Part shown: positions 29,779 through 40,367 of the stretch, piece by piece | Layout: each line of letters opens with the position of its first letter | Position numbering within the stretch: position 1 is the stretch's first letter | DNA from: an uncultured Deinococcaceae bacterium | GTDB taxonomy: Bacteria; Deinococcota; Deinococci; Deinococcales; Deinococcaceae | Reading direction: 5' to 3' | DNA: 64,000 nucleotides | Assembly: GCA_964252075.1 (NCBI GenBank) | Contig: CAXULY010000006.1 | Location: 64,001-128,000, forward strand | Notes under the pieces: model-generated | Told to the model about the DNA's origin: nothing | What the model saw: the letters and a program-made list of their open reading frames with translations, nothing else | Databases searched by the model: none | Program-made: the position numbers and the translations under genes

Positions 29779-31500
29779 GTGCCTTCCCACCCCGACTTCG
29801 ACCGCCTCGCGCAGCGCGCCCGCGCCTGGACCCTGGACCTCGTGCGGCAGCCCAGCGTCACGAACTCGGCGGGCGAAACGGCGTTCGGGCCGTGGCTGCG
29901 CGACCGCCTCCTCGCCCTCCCGGCCTTCGCGGGACGCGCGGGGGACGTGCGCGTCGAGCGGACGCTGGACGACGCGCACGAGCGCTCCACCGTCTTCGCC
30001 CTCGCGCGGGGCCGCGGGCCGCGCACCCTGGTCCTGACCGGGCATTACGACGTGGTGGACGTGGGGAATTACGGGACGCTCGCGGCGTACGCCTTCGACC
30101 CGGAGACGCTGCGGCCCCGCCTGATCGAGGAATTGCGCGCGAACGGGCGTGGCGCCGCGGACGACCTCGCGTGGCACGACCTGACGGGCGGGGACTTCCT
30201 GCCGGGCCGCGCGGCGCTCGACATGAAGAGCGGCCTCGCGGCGGGCCTCGCCGTGCTGGAGGCCTTCCTGGAGGATGGGGAGCGCGAGGGCAACCTGCTG
30301 TTCGTGGCGGTGCCGGACGAGGAGGAAGCGTCCCACGGCATGCGCTCCGCCGCGCGGCAGTTGCCGCTCCTGGCGCGCGCGTGGGGCCTGGACCTGGTGG
30401 GCGCCGTGAATCTCGACGCGGAAGTCGACGTGGACGACGGCGACCTGGGTCGCGCGGTCTTCCTCGGGAGTGTCGGGAAGCTGCTGCCGAGCGTCCTGCT
30501 GGTGGGGCGGCCCACGCACGCGGGCGCCCCCTTCGACGGCGTGAGCGCGGCGCTCATGGCGGCGGAACTGCTGCGCCGCATGGAACTCAGCCCCGACCTT
30601 ATCGATCCGGGCGTGGCGGGCGAGCCGGGCCCGCCGCCCGTCGCGCTGGGCCTGTACGACCTCAAGCCGTACTACAACATCACCACGCCGGAGATGGTGT
30701 GGGTGACCTTCAACGTGCTGCTGCGCGCCCACACGCCCCGTGACGTGCTCGCGGCCGTCATGAACGCCGCGCGGGAGGCGCTGGACGCCGCGCTGGGGAC
30801 CTCCCGTGAGCGGGCCGCGGTGTTCGCGACGCGCTCCGGCACCAGCGCGCCCGCGCTGGACGTCGTGCCGGAAGTGCTGACGTGGGCGGACCTGGCGGTG
30901 CGGGTGCACGACCGTGGCGGCGAGGTGGCCGCCGCGCGCCTCGCCGCGCTCGCCGCGGACCTCGCGGCGGACGCCTCCCTGGACGCGCCGCGCGTGTGCC
31001 AGCGCCTCACGGAGGCCGCCGCGCGCGAGGCGGGCCTGGAAGGTCCCGCCGCCGTCGTCGGCTTCGGGTCGCTGTACTACCCGCCCGCCACCCTCGGGGC
31101 CGACCCGGCCGCGCGGGCGCTCCTCGCGGCCGTGCGGGCCGCCATGGACGCGGTGCGGGCGGAGACGGGCGAAACCGTGCGCCTGCGGCCGTTCTTCCCG
31201 GGCGTCTCGGACATGAGCTTCCTGAGCCTCGCGCCCGACCCGGAGGGACTCGCGGTGGTCACGGCGAACACGCCCGCGTGGGGCACGCGGCTCAACTTCG
31301 ATTATGGCGCCGCCGCGCAGGGCGGCCTGCCCGTGGTGAACGCCGGGCCGTGGGGCCGCGATTACCACCAGCGCACCGAGCGCGTCCACACGCCCTACGC
31401 CTTCGGCACCCTCCCGAGGCTCCTGTGGCGCCTCGCGTCCGCCGCCCTCGCCGCGCGGGAAGCTCCGGGTGAAGCTGAGGGCGCCAGCGCGCAGGACTGA
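29779..31500 (+). CDS. M20/M25/M40 metallopeptidase, RocB-like
   Basis: LTGHYDVV, GRAALDMKSG, PDEE..SHGM, GISDMS-like GVSDMS, GPWGRDYHQRTER. Confidence 0.82.
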   Translation: MPSHPDFDRLAQRARAWTLDLVRQPSVTNSAGETAFGPWLRDRLLALPAFAGRAGDVRVERTLDDAHERSTVFALARGRGPRTLVLTGHYDVVDVGNYGTLAAYAFDPETLRPRLIEELRANGRGAADDLAWHDLTGGDFLPGRAALDMKSGLAAGLAVLEAFLEDGEREGNLLFVAVPDEEEASHGMRSAARQLPLLARAWGLDLVGAVNLDAEVDVDDGDLGRAVFLGSVGKLLPSVLLVGRPTHAGAPFDGVSAALMAAELLRRMELSPDLIDPGVAGEPGPPPVALGLYDLKPYYNITTPEMVWVTFNVLLRAHTPRDVLAAVMNAAREALDAALGTSRERAAVFATRSGTSAPALDVVPEVLTWADLAVRVHDRGGEVAAARLAALAADLAADASLDAPRVCQRLTEAAAREAGLEGPAAVVGFGSLYYPPATLGADPAARALLAAVRAAMDAVRAETGETVRLRPFFPGVSDMSFLSLAPDPEGLAVVTANTPAWGTRLNFDYGAAAQGGLPVVNAGPWGRDYHQRTERVHTPYAFGTLPRLLWRLASAALAAREAPGEAEGASAQD

Positions 31501-31532
31501 CAGGGGCATCAAGAGGTTCGCAGCCATAGGTC

Positions 31533-32744
31533 CTAATGGGCAGAGCGTTCTGGGGTCTCCCCCGCCGCTGCGGGTTCACCTCCGGGCCACATGGGCCGCG
31601 CGCCCCACACGAACGGTTCCAGCGCCGCGGGGCGCGCCTCCCCGAGCGCGAGGGCGGCGGCGGCCTCCCCCACGCCCGCGCTGTGCTTGAAGCCGTGCCC
31701 GGAGCAGGCGGACACCACCGTCACGCGCGGCGATCCGGGCGGCGCGTCCATCAGGAAGCCCGCGTCGGGCGTGGTGGTGTACAGGCAGACTTTCGACGCC
31801 ACCGCGCTCCGCGTGAGGCCCTGGAAGCGCCCCTCGGCGTGCGCCGCCCAGAACGCCTCGGCCTCCGCCGGGTGCACGTCGCGCGCCACGGCGTCCGGGT
31901 GCGTGGCGCGCTCGAACTGCTCGGTCGCCAGCTTCACGGCGCCCGTGGCGTCCGCGATGGGGAAGCCGTAGAAGTGCGCGCCGCGCGGCCCGTGGTGCCA
32001 GATAAACACCGGGCAGCGCTCCGGCGCGAACAGGTCGGGCCGCGCGGGCGCGAACCAGTGCAGCACCTGGCGGTGCCCGCGCGTGAGGGGCGCGGCGGCG
32101 GGCACGAGGTCCGCGAGCCACCCGCCGGCGCTGACGATCACGCGCGCGGCGCGTTCCTCGCCGCCGTCCGTCACGACGCGCACCGCGTCCCCGTCCGCCC
32201 GGATCTCGCGCACGGCCTCACCGAACCGCGTGGCGGCGCCGTCCGCGCGCGCGAGGCGGAGCTGCACGTCCACGCAGCGCTCCGGGTACAGCAGGCCCGC
32301 GCCGGGCTCCCAGTAGGCGCGCTCGTCGTCGCGCGGGGCGAATGCGGGGAAGCGGTCGCGGACCTCGCGCGCGCTCAGCATGCCGTGCGGCACGCCCGCC
32401 GCCTCCGCGACGCGGCGCGAGGCGGAGGCGAAGTCCAGGGGCGCGTCCGGTTCCGGCCGCTCGGGTCCCAGCACGAGGAGGCCCGTGCGGCGGAACAGCG
32501 TCTCGCCCGAGCGCGCCTCCAGTTCCGCCCACCTGCGCATGGAGGCGCGCACGAAGGGCACGTACTGCGCGCCCTCGCCGAGCGCCTCGCGCGTGATGCG
32601 CGTCTCGCCGTGGCTGGACCCCCACGCGTGCGGCGGCGTGAAGCGGTCCAGCCCGAGGACGCGCGCGCCGCGCCCCGCGAGGGTGTACAGGGCGGCGCTG
32701 CCAACCGCGCCGAGCCCCACGACGATCACGTCCCAGGAAGGCAT
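31533..32744 (-). CDS. solA: N-methyl-L-tryptophan oxidase / monomeric sarcosine oxidase family
   Basis: GLGAVG, GSSHGETRITR, CLYTTTPD (covalent FAD Cys), CSGHGFK. Confidence 0.85.
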   Translation of the reverse strand: MPSWDVIVVGLGAVGSAALYTLAGRGARVLGLDRFTPPHAWGSSHGETRITREALGEGAQYVPFVRASMRRWAELEARSGETLFRRTGLLVLGPERPEPDAPLDFASASRRVAEAAGVPHGMLSAREVRDRFPAFAPRDDERAYWEPGAGLLYPERCVDVQLRLARADGAATRFGEAVREIRADGDAVRVVTDGGEERAARVIVSAGGWLADLVPAAAPLTRGHRQVLHWFAPARPDLFAPERCPVFIWHHGPRGAHFYGFPIADATGAVKLATEQFERATHPDAVARDVHPAEAEAFWAAHAEGRFQGLTRSAVASKVCLYTTTPDAGFLMDAPPGSPRVTVVSACSGHGFKHSAGVGEAAAALALGEARPAALEPFVWGARPMWPGGEPAAAGETPERSAH

Positions 32745-32761
32745 GTCTGCACTCTACCCAG

Positions 32762-32789
32762 CGGGGACGCCCTTCGGCGGGCGTCCCCG
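32762..32789. other. GC-rich hairpin just upstream of the solA -10
   Basis: CGGGGACGCCC-ttcggc-GGGCGTCCCCG, 11-bp stem. Confidence 0.5.
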
Positions 32790-32965
32790 TAGGTCAGGGG
32801 GCCTAAGGGGCCTCTGCCGTTCGGCGCAGGGCGCGCGCGTCCTCCGGCTGTTACGCTGCGGGGGCATTCCACCGCTCCGCCGGACGCCGGACACGCCCCG
32901 CGCACGTCCACCTTGCAGGAGCCGCGCCCCGCGCCCACGCGGGGCCCTCACCCACCGGAGCCACC

Positions 32966-34330
32966 ATGACCACGCTGCACACGTTCATCACGGCGTGCTG
33001 GCACGACCTCGTCACGGCGTTGCGCCACACCCTCGCCACCAACCAGCTCGCCCAGGGCGGCCTCGTCATCGGCGCGCTCGGCGCGCTCGCCGCCTTCCTG
33101 CGCGCCCTGCCCACGCTGCTCCTGGCGCGCCTCAAGGACCGCCTGACCCTCACCCTCGACGTTCAGGGGGACGACGCCGCCTTCCCGTGGCTCGCCGCCT
33201 GGCTGGCCGCGCAGCCCGGCGGGCGGCACCTGCGGCACCTGGGGGTCGTCACGCGCTACAACGAGCAGATGGGCGGGCAGACCCTGCTGCTCGGCACGGA
33301 CCGCGACGGTGACGAGGTGCACGTGCGGCTGGTTCCGCTGAGCGGCGCCGTGCTGCTGCGCTACCGCGGGCACTGGCTGCTGGTGCGGCCCTCCCGCGAG
33401 AAGCGCCACAGCGAAGCGCGGCAGCTGCTCGGGTACACGCACAGCCTGACGTTTCGCATGTTCAGCCCCGCGCGCGTCGTCATCCCGGACCTGCTGCGCG
33501 ACGCGTACGCCCTCACCGCCGGGCACCGCGACGGGCAGGTGGAGGTGCACGTGCCGGAGTACCAGACCTGGACGCTCGCCGAGCGCCGCCCCGCGCGGCC
33601 CCTCGGCAGCCTGGTGTACGACACCGACGTGCTGGACGCCCTGCGCGCGGACCTGCAGGCGTTCCTCGCGGACCGCGCGTGGTACGCGGGGCACGGCATT
33701 CCGTACCGCCGCGGGTACCTGCTGCACGGCCCGCCCGGCAACGGGAAGTCCAGCCTGGTGGCGGCGCTCGCCGGGGAGTTCGGGTTCGGGGTGTGCGTGC
33801 TGAACCTCGCGACGCCGGAACTCAGCGACGACCGCCTCGTGACGCTGCTGTCGAACCTGCCGCGCCGCACGGTGATTCTGCTGGAGGACATCGACGCGGT
33901 CTTCAAGGGCCGCGAGCCGCGCTCGGGCAGCGTGAAGCTGTCCTTCAACGGCCTGCTGAACGCGCTGGACGGCGTGGCGGCCGGGGAGAACGGCCGCCTG
34001 ACCTTCATGACGACCAACCACCTGGAGCACCTCGATCCGGCCCTGGTCCGGCCCGGGCGCGCGGACCGCCACGTGTTCCTCGGGAACGCCAGCCGCGCGC
34101 AGGTGCAGGGCATGCTGGCGCGCTTTTGGCCGCAGGAGCGCGCGGATGTGCTGGGGGCGCTCGCGGCGCGCGCGCCGGAGGGCGCGCTGAGCATGGCGGG
34201 CGTGCAGGAGTACCTGCTCGCGCGCCGCGGGGACTTCGCGGCGGTGCAGCGCGACTGGGCATCGCTGACCGGAACGCCCCTGGCGGTCCCCTGCCCCACG
34301 CGCCTCCAGCTGCAGCCCAGCGCCCGCTGA
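32966..34330 (+). CDS. Bcs1-like AAA+ ATPase (TM helix, BCS1_N domain, AAA domain)
   Basis: GIPYRRGYLLHGPPGNGKSS, LSDDRL, LLEDIDA, GLLNALDGVAA, FMTTNH..LDPALVRPGR; N-terminal TM then LDV...AFPWLAAWL, RHLGVVT. Confidence 0.85.
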   Translation: MTTLHTFITACWHDLVTALRHTLATNQLAQGGLVIGALGALAAFLRALPTLLLARLKDRLTLTLDVQGDDAAFPWLAAWLAAQPGGRHLRHLGVVTRYNEQMGGQTLLLGTDRDGDEVHVRLVPLSGAVLLRYRGHWLLVRPSREKRHSEARQLLGYTHSLTFRMFSPARVVIPDLLRDAYALTAGHRDGQVEVHVPEYQTWTLAERRPARPLGSLVYDTDVLDALRADLQAFLADRAWYAGHGIPYRRGYLLHGPPGNGKSSLVAALAGEFGFGVCVLNLATPELSDDRLVTLLSNLPRRTVILLEDIDAVFKGREPRSGSVKLSFNGLLNALDGVAAGENGRLTFMTTNHLEHLDPALVRPGRADRHVFLGNASRAQVQGMLARFWPQERADVLGALAARAPEGALSMAGVQEYLLARRGDFAAVQRDWASLTGTPLAVPCPTRLQLQPSAR

Positions 34331-34346
34331 GGGACCACCCAAATAC

Positions 34347-34372
34347 GGCGCCCCGCCCGCAGGCGGGGCGCC
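34347..34372 (+). terminator. Intergenic hairpin after the Bcs1-like gene
   Basis: GGCGCCCCGCC-cgca-GGCGGGGCGCC. Confidence 0.5.
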
Positions 34373-34424
34373 CGCCTTACCGCAGCCTGACAGCGGGGCC
34401 GAACACTTCGGGGCGGAGGTTCTC

Positions 34425-35660
34425 ATGATGAAGCGATTCGTGCTCGGTCTGGCCCTGCTGCTGTGCGCCCAGGCGTCCGCCGCCGAACTGATTGGATACG
34501 CCGTGCTGCCCGCCGACACCTTCGCCGAGGGTCCGCCCTCCGGGCAGTTCGACGGCAGTGGCGCGCGCGCCGCGCAGCCGCGCTTCCCCAGCCAGCCCGT
34601 GCAGGGCTTCAGCGGCGTGCACTTCGCGCCCGAGGCGGGGCGGTACTGGTTCATGCCGGACAACGGCTTCGGCGCGAAATCCAACAGCGCGGACTTCCTG
34701 CTGCGCCTGTACGACCTCGCCCCCACCCCAAGAACGAAGCCCGGCGAGGCGGGCGGCGTGCAGGTCGGGCGCTTCGTGCAGCTGCGCGACCCGGACCGCC
34801 AGGTGCCCTTCCTGATCGTGAACGAGCACACCCCGGACCGCCTCCTGACGGGCGCGGACTTCGACATCGAGAGCTTCGTGCCCATGCCGGACGGCACCCT
34901 GTGGATCGGCGAGGAGTTCGGCCCGTGGCTGCTGCACGTGGACGCCACCGGCAAGGTCCTGGGCGCCCCCGTCCCCACCCCCGACTTCGGTGCGGGCAGG
35001 GACCCCGCGAAGGACGTGGTGCGCTCCCCGAACAACCCCGCCGTGCTGGCCGCGAGCCCCGCGCCGGGGCAGCCGGGCACCGCCACGCTGGCAGGCTCGA
35101 AGGGCTTCGAGGGCATGGCGGGCAACCCCGCCCGCACGCGCCTGTACCCGCTGCTGGAAGGCACCGTCGCGGGCGACCCGCCCGGCACGCTGCGCCTGCA
35201 CGAGTTCGACCCCGCCACCGGGCGGTTTGTGCGCGTGGTGGGCCGCTACCGGCTGGAGGACCCCAGCAACTCCATCGGGGACATGGCGACCGTGAACGAC
35301 GACGAGTACCTCGTGATCGAGCGCGATCAGGCGAGCGGCAGCGACGCGAAACTCAAGAAGATCTACAAGATCAACCTGAAGCACCTCAACGCGGACGGCA
35401 CCTTCGTGAAGGAGGAGGTTGCGGACCTGCTGAACATCCGGGACCCGCAGAACCTCGCGGGTTTCGGGCCCACCTTCCGCTTTCCCTTCGTGACGATTGA
35501 GGACGTGCTGGTGCTGGACGCCACCACCATCCTGGTCGCGAACGACAACAACTACCCGGGCACGGGCGGGCGCGGCCCGGACGTGAAGGACCCGAACGAG
35601 CTGCTGTGGCTCAAGCTGGACCACCCCCTGAACGTGGGGCCGGGCGTCGGCCGCCCCTGA
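34425..35660 (+). CDS. Secreted phytase-like (esterase-like activity of phytase) protein
   Basis: Signal peptide; QPVQGFSG, DNGFGAKSNSADF, DFDIES, EEFGP, SKGFEG, NDNNYP. Confidence 0.88.
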   Translation: MMKRFVLGLALLLCAQASAAELIGYAVLPADTFAEGPPSGQFDGSGARAAQPRFPSQPVQGFSGVHFAPEAGRYWFMPDNGFGAKSNSADFLLRLYDLAPTPRTKPGEAGGVQVGRFVQLRDPDRQVPFLIVNEHTPDRLLTGADFDIESFVPMPDGTLWIGEEFGPWLLHVDATGKVLGAPVPTPDFGAGRDPAKDVVRSPNNPAVLAASPAPGQPGTATLAGSKGFEGMAGNPARTRLYPLLEGTVAGDPPGTLRLHEFDPATGRFVRVVGRYRLEDPSNSIGDMATVNDDEYLVIERDQASGSDAKLKKIYKINLKHLNADGTFVKEEVADLLNIRDPQNLAGFGPTFRFPFVTIEDVLVLDATTILVANDNNYPGTGGRGPDVKDPNELLWLKLDHPLNVGPGVGRP

Positions 35661-36047
35661 GCGGAGGCGGCGCCCTGCTCGGACCGCACCCGGCGCGCAA
35701 GGCACTTTCATGAGCGTCATGGCAGGCTAGGCGGAGGTGAGGTCAGCTGGCGGCACCTGACGGCCCATCGGTCGGTGCCTGTTCTCCCGAGGACGCGCTG
35801 GTCGCCTTCAGGGGTCTGGGGCAGGGTGAGGTGCCGCCACCTCCCCGCGCGCACCTCTGCGCGGGGAGCAGTCCGAGGCGGATTACCCCCTTGGGTGCGG
35901 GTGCGCATTCCAAGGCCAGTGGAGATCGGCAGGCACTGTGGGCGCAGGGTCAGGATGCGCGCCAAGAGTGCATCGCAGCTCACCCTTGAAGGAGGTAGCG
36001 CTTCTGGCGCGCGCCGAACCGATGACGCTCCGCCCTTGGCGTTCAAG

Positions 36048-38318
36048 CTACGTGAAGGGCAGGTGCAGCGGCTTGCCCCGCTGCACCACGTGCCGCTCCT
36101 GATCGAGGAGGACCGTGCCATCTGGACCGTTCAGGTGGACGCTGACGGTGTGGCCGCGCACCTGCACGCCTTCTAGCGTGAAGTCAAGGTCTGTGGGGAG
36201 CGGGGCGATGGTGAGGCCATCCAGGTTGGGTTGCACGCCGCACACGAAGCGGATGATGAGGTCCACGACATACGAGTGCATGTAGTCGTCCACCCCTCGG
36301 TAGGTGCTGGCGTGGCCCGTCATGGGGTGGTAATGCTCGTACGCGGTGGGGCGTTCCAGGTCGTGGTGTTCGAACATCATGTGCACATACCGCGTGATGA
36401 AGTCTGCGGTGGTGGCGCGCAGTGCGGGTTGGTCCTGGCTGGCGCGCGCGAGGATGTCGGCGACGTGACTGTTGGTCATCGGCCAGGTGCGGCCATTCCA
36501 GGGGCAATTGTGCCGTTTGCCTTTCCATTCGGGCGTCGCGCTGAAGTTCGGGTCGCGCTGGGAACTGCTCGGGACGGGGTACGGCGTCCAGAACTCATCG
36601 GGGTTCAGGAGGTGTGCGGTGAGCCCTTCGAGGTGCGTGTCATCCACGATGTCCGTGAGGTACGGGTAGAAGTTCACGACGCTCAGCGCGGTGGTGCGCG
36701 CGCCGTCCGGGCCGAGGTCGCAGAAGGCCTGGAGTTGCGGGTCCCAGCTGAGGGCGCGCAGCGCGGCGCGGGTGTGTTCTGCGGAGGCGTGCCAGCGTGC
36801 CGCTTCCCCGGTGTCGAGCTGAACCGCGAGCGCCTCCAGCGTGCGGAAGAGCCGGTACAGGTACGTGGTGGCGTCCACGCCCTTGAGGGGCGCACGCATG
36901 TCGCGCCATTCGTCCGCGAGGGGATCAGCGGCGAAATACCGCGTCATGTACTCCTGGCCGGTCTCCCACTGGTTGATGATGTCGAACAGCCCGCTGCCGG
37001 CCGCGTCGCGGTGCGCCTGGAAGTACCCGGCGTAGCGCGCGAAGGCGTCGTACAGGCGGCGCACGTCCGGGAGGGGATGCACACTCTGTACCGCTTCGAA
37101 GGCGGCGGCCCAGTCGGCGTGGTAGATCTCGTGCTCGCTGCGCCACTCCAAGTACAGGTGCGCTGGAAAAGTGCCGTTGGGCGTCTGTGCGTCGAGGACG
37201 GTGTTCAGGATGCCGTGCGCGAGCGTGCTGGAGCGCATCCATCGCGCCTCACGGGCCAGCACCTGCATGGAGTAACTGATGGGGAGGCGGAAGTACCCGA
37301 TGCCTTCGCAGACGACCGGGTGGCGGTAGTGGCCCTGCTCGGGTCGAATGGTGTTGAGCCGCAGGCCGTACCAGCGGTGGTAGTAGTACTTCTCCATGTA
37401 CGGGTCGCTGCACCGGAAGGTTGGCACGTCCGCGAAGTACGACCGCCAGCGCGCCTCGGCGTCCCCGACGGGGTCCGGGTGGTTCGAGGCGTCCACCGCC
37501 TGGGACAGGGCGGCGTCGCGTGTACGGGCGACGCTGGCGGCGATGGTCACGGCTGCCGCCCGCCCGGCCTGGAGGGCGATGGGCCGTTCAATCCCCAGGT
37601 ACATCAGGCCATTGCCGTCAATGCCGGTGAGCTTCTCCTCGTTCGGCAGGCCGCTACCGGTGAGGGTTTCGACGTACGGCGTGAGGCGGTGGTGGGGGTG
37701 ATTGGCGGTGCTTTGCGAGAAGTTCACGCTGAATGAGCGGGCGTCTTGGACGGCCAGGGCGAGCGCGAGTTCCAGTTGTTGCTGACGCGCGCCCGTCACC
37801 ACGCGAGACAACGCGAGGGCCGTCCCTCGCCGTGCGTACCCGGCGTGACCGCGCGCCTGCTGCGCGGCCGTGGCGGTGCCCGCTTCGCCCAAGGTGGGCG
37901 TGGCGCCTTCACTCATGGGTTGTGCCGTCCAGGTGAGGAGCTGCAGGTGCCGGTCCGCGTCCGCCTCGAGATGCAGGTGGGAGATGAGGGCGTCGTGTTC
38001 GCCCATGACTTTCGTTTCGGTGACGCGCACGCCGGGCGCGGTGTACGTGACGGTAAGGCGGTCGGGCCGCCAGCGTCGGCCCTGGTACGTCAGGGGGAGT
38101 TCCACGCCGCGCTCGTCGATGAGCGCGAAGGTGAAGGCCGGTTCGATGGGGTAGTGCAGGTAGTGCGCGGGGTCCCAGTAGCCGGGGCGGTGGTCGTGCA
38201 GGGGGAAGGGAGGCGCGTACAGCAGGGCGGGGGCGCCGGACACGAACCACTTGTCATCCCGTTCGAGGAGCGCGAGGGGATCGAGGGGGGCGGTCAGCGC
38301 GTCAACGGGGCTCGTCAT
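36048..38318 (-). CDS. (alpha/alpha)6 glycoside hydrolase, MGH1/GH63-like
   Basis: WETGQE, EFWTPYPVPS, WNGRTWP, YEHYHP; lies in sugar ABC operon. Confidence 0.7.
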   Translation of the reverse strand: MTSPVDALTAPLDPLALLERDDKWFVSGAPALLYAPPFPLHDHRPGYWDPAHYLHYPIEPAFTFALIDERGVELPLTYQGRRWRPDRLTVTYTAPGVRVTETKVMGEHDALISHLHLEADADRHLQLLTWTAQPMSEGATPTLGEAGTATAAQQARGHAGYARRGTALALSRVVTGARQQQLELALALAVQDARSFSVNFSQSTANHPHHRLTPYVETLTGSGLPNEEKLTGIDGNGLMYLGIERPIALQAGRAAAVTIAASVARTRDAALSQAVDASNHPDPVGDAEARWRSYFADVPTFRCSDPYMEKYYYHRWYGLRLNTIRPEQGHYRHPVVCEGIGYFRLPISYSMQVLAREARWMRSSTLAHGILNTVLDAQTPNGTFPAHLYLEWRSEHEIYHADWAAAFEAVQSVHPLPDVRRLYDAFARYAGYFQAHRDAAGSGLFDIINQWETGQEYMTRYFAADPLADEWRDMRAPLKGVDATTYLYRLFRTLEALAVQLDTGEAARWHASAEHTRAALRALSWDPQLQAFCDLGPDGARTTALSVVNFYPYLTDIVDDTHLEGLTAHLLNPDEFWTPYPVPSSSQRDPNFSATPEWKGKRHNCPWNGRTWPMTNSHVADILARASQDQPALRATTADFITRYVHMMFEHHDLERPTAYEHYHPMTGHASTYRGVDDYMHSYVVDLIIRFVCGVQPNLDGLTIAPLPTDLDFTLEGVQVRGHTVSVHLNGPDGTVLLDQERHVVQRGKPLHLPFT

Positions 38319-40365
38319 GCGCGGCTCCTGTCAGGGCGTCGTCGGGCAGCGTGAGGGTTTCGCCCCACGTCAGGGTCGAGGGGCGTCCGTTCACGGTGAC
38401 GTGGCAATGGTGTGGGTCGCCGCGCAGGGTGAGGTGGACGCGGTGCCCGTGGTGCGTGAGCTGCACCCCGAGCGTCCGGCCGTCCCGCAGCTCTGGCGGG
38501 AGGTTCGGCTGGAGCAGAAACGCGTGTTGCGCGGGGCGGTGGCCCACCAGGTGGCGCAGCAGCAGGTGCGTGAGGAACGCCCCCCAGCCGTAGCCTTCCC
38601 CGCCGCACCGGTCGTGGTGCGGCCAGTACTCACACGCGACGCCCGGCAGGGTGCGGTCCGGGCCTTCTTCGCGGGCGTCCCAGCGGCGATACACGCGCTC
38701 AATGACGTGCCCGAGGGTGCGGGCGGCGCGTTCGTGCAGGCCGAGCGTTTCAGCGGCGAGCACTTCGGTCCACACGAACATCGGCCAGACGCCGCCGCGC
38801 GCATCGAGGGCGCCGATCTCGGCGCGTCCCGCGGGGTGGTGCGCTTCGGGGGCGACCTGCAGCGCGAAGGGCGCGGTGAGCATCACGTCGTTCACGTCGG
38901 TGAAGGCGCCGCTGTGGGTGTCGCGGTCCGCGTAGCGCGCGCCGGTGAAGAGCGCGGCGCAGTCGCGCGCGTACCGCTCGGCGTCCGCGCGCCAGGTGCG
39001 GGCGTCGGCGCGGTACCCGAGGTGATCGGCGAATCGCGCCAGCACGTGCGCGGCGTGGGCCATCGCGGCGTACAGGTCGACGGGCATGACGTGCCGGACG
39101 GGGTGCCCGCCGCCGAGGGGTTGTGCGCCGAAGCGTGGGGAGTCGTCCTGGCCACTCTCCCAGGAGCACACGAAGCCGAGTGTGCCGTCCCGGGCGGCGC
39201 GTTCGTCCTGCCAGAAGCGGTGGAACGCCGCGAGGTGGGGGTACAGGTCGCGCAGCCAGGCCTCGTCGGGGTGCAGCTCGAAGAGGCGTTGGGCGGCGAG
39301 GTACGGGTAGCCCCATTGCGGGCCCGTGCCGCAGGGTGTGCCGTCCGCGGCGAGCATGTTGAGGCTGCCGTCCTCGCGGCCGCACGGCACGTTGGGGCGT
39401 TCGGCGTTGCGGAACACGCCGAGCAGCATGGCCTGCGCGTTCGCCGGGTCGGCGTGCGCGAGCGCCAGGGCGTCCATGGCGGCTTCCGCGAGGACGACCC
39501 TGGGGGCCTGCACCTGCATGGCGTCCCATGGGTGCAGGTACCGGCCGACCGGATCCTTGGGCATCATGCGGAGCGTGTGCAGGTCGTAGTGCAGGCCGCG
39601 CCGCCAGTGGTCCGGCCAGCCGTCCGTGAGGGCGGGCGCGCGCGTGGCGAACGCCGCGTCGTGCGCGCGGTGTGCGGCGAGGGTCGCCTGGTGTGCGGCG
39701 TGCGCGCGTGCGCCCTCGGTGCGCGCAGCGTCGGCGGTGACGCCGCGCGCGAGGGTGCAGCGCAGGACCACTCCGGGCTGCAGGGTGAAGCGGAGGTGCG
39801 CCTGCACCTCCACTTCGTCCCCCGCCCGGCCCGTGACGGTCATGAAGTCGCCCGGCTGCAGTTCGGTGTGGCCCTGCGCGTCAGCGGCGCTGATGGACTG
39901 CGGTGGGCTGCTGGTGCGCAGGTGAAAGGCTGGGCCGTCCTCGAAGGTCTGCACGACCAGCCCATCCTGGTCGGGCCGCACGATCAGTCCGCTTTCACCC
40001 CACTCGCCGAGTGGACTCAACACGCGGCGGAGCGTCACGCGCGCTGTGAAGGTCGTCTCGGTGTTGACCTCGACCAGCGCGAGGAGGGCGTCATCGCCTG
40101 CGGGGCAGAAGGTGGCGTGCAGGCCGCCGGGGGTCACGAAGCGCTTGACGTTGCTGGTGTGCTCGTCGCAGTGCGTGGGGGGCGTCCCCACGTCGAATTC
40201 CAGGGACGCGCGGTAGTGTTCGCGGCGGTGCCCGTAGCCGGACGCGTGGTTCGGGTAATGCCACGCGAAGCCGAGGGCGCTGGAGCGCAGCACCCCTTTG
40301 GGGTTGAGATTCCGGGCGTGGCCGTGCACGTGCAGGTAGCCGTGGGGGGTGTAGGTGTCCGGCAC
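38302..40365 (-). CDS. Putative (alpha/alpha)6 glycoside hydrolase (GH63/trehalase-like C-terminus)
   Basis: GTG start 2 bp after permease stop; WESGQDDSPRF motif; overlaps next gene. Confidence 0.65.
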   Translation of the reverse strand: MPDTYTPHGYLHVHGHARNLNPKGVLRSSALGFAWHYPNHASGYGHRREHYRASLEFDVGTPPTHCDEHTSNVKRFVTPGGLHATFCPAGDDALLALVEVNTETTFTARVTLRRVLSPLGEWGESGLIVRPDQDGLVVQTFEDGPAFHLRTSSPPQSISAADAQGHTELQPGDFMTVTGRAGDEVEVQAHLRFTLQPGVVLRCTLARGVTADAARTEGARAHAAHQATLAAHRAHDAAFATRAPALTDGWPDHWRRGLHYDLHTLRMMPKDPVGRYLHPWDAMQVQAPRVVLAEAAMDALALAHADPANAQAMLLGVFRNAERPNVPCGREDGSLNMLAADGTPCGTGPQWGYPYLAAQRLFELHPDEAWLRDLYPHLAAFHRFWQDERAARDGTLGFVCSWESGQDDSPRFGAQPLGGGHPVRHVMPVDLYAAMAHAAHVLARFADHLGYRADARTWRADAERYARDCAALFTGARYADRDTHSGAFTDVNDVMLTAPFALQVAPEAHHPAGRAEIGALDARGGVWPMFVWTEVLAAETLGLHERAARTLGHVIERVYRRWDAREEGPDRTLPGVACEYWPHHDRCGGEGYGWGAFLTHLLLRHLVGHRPAQHAFLLQPNLPPELRDGRTLGVQLTHHGHRVHLTLRGDPHHCHVTVNGRPSTLTWGETLTLPDDALTGAAHDEPR

Positions 40366-40367
40366 GG

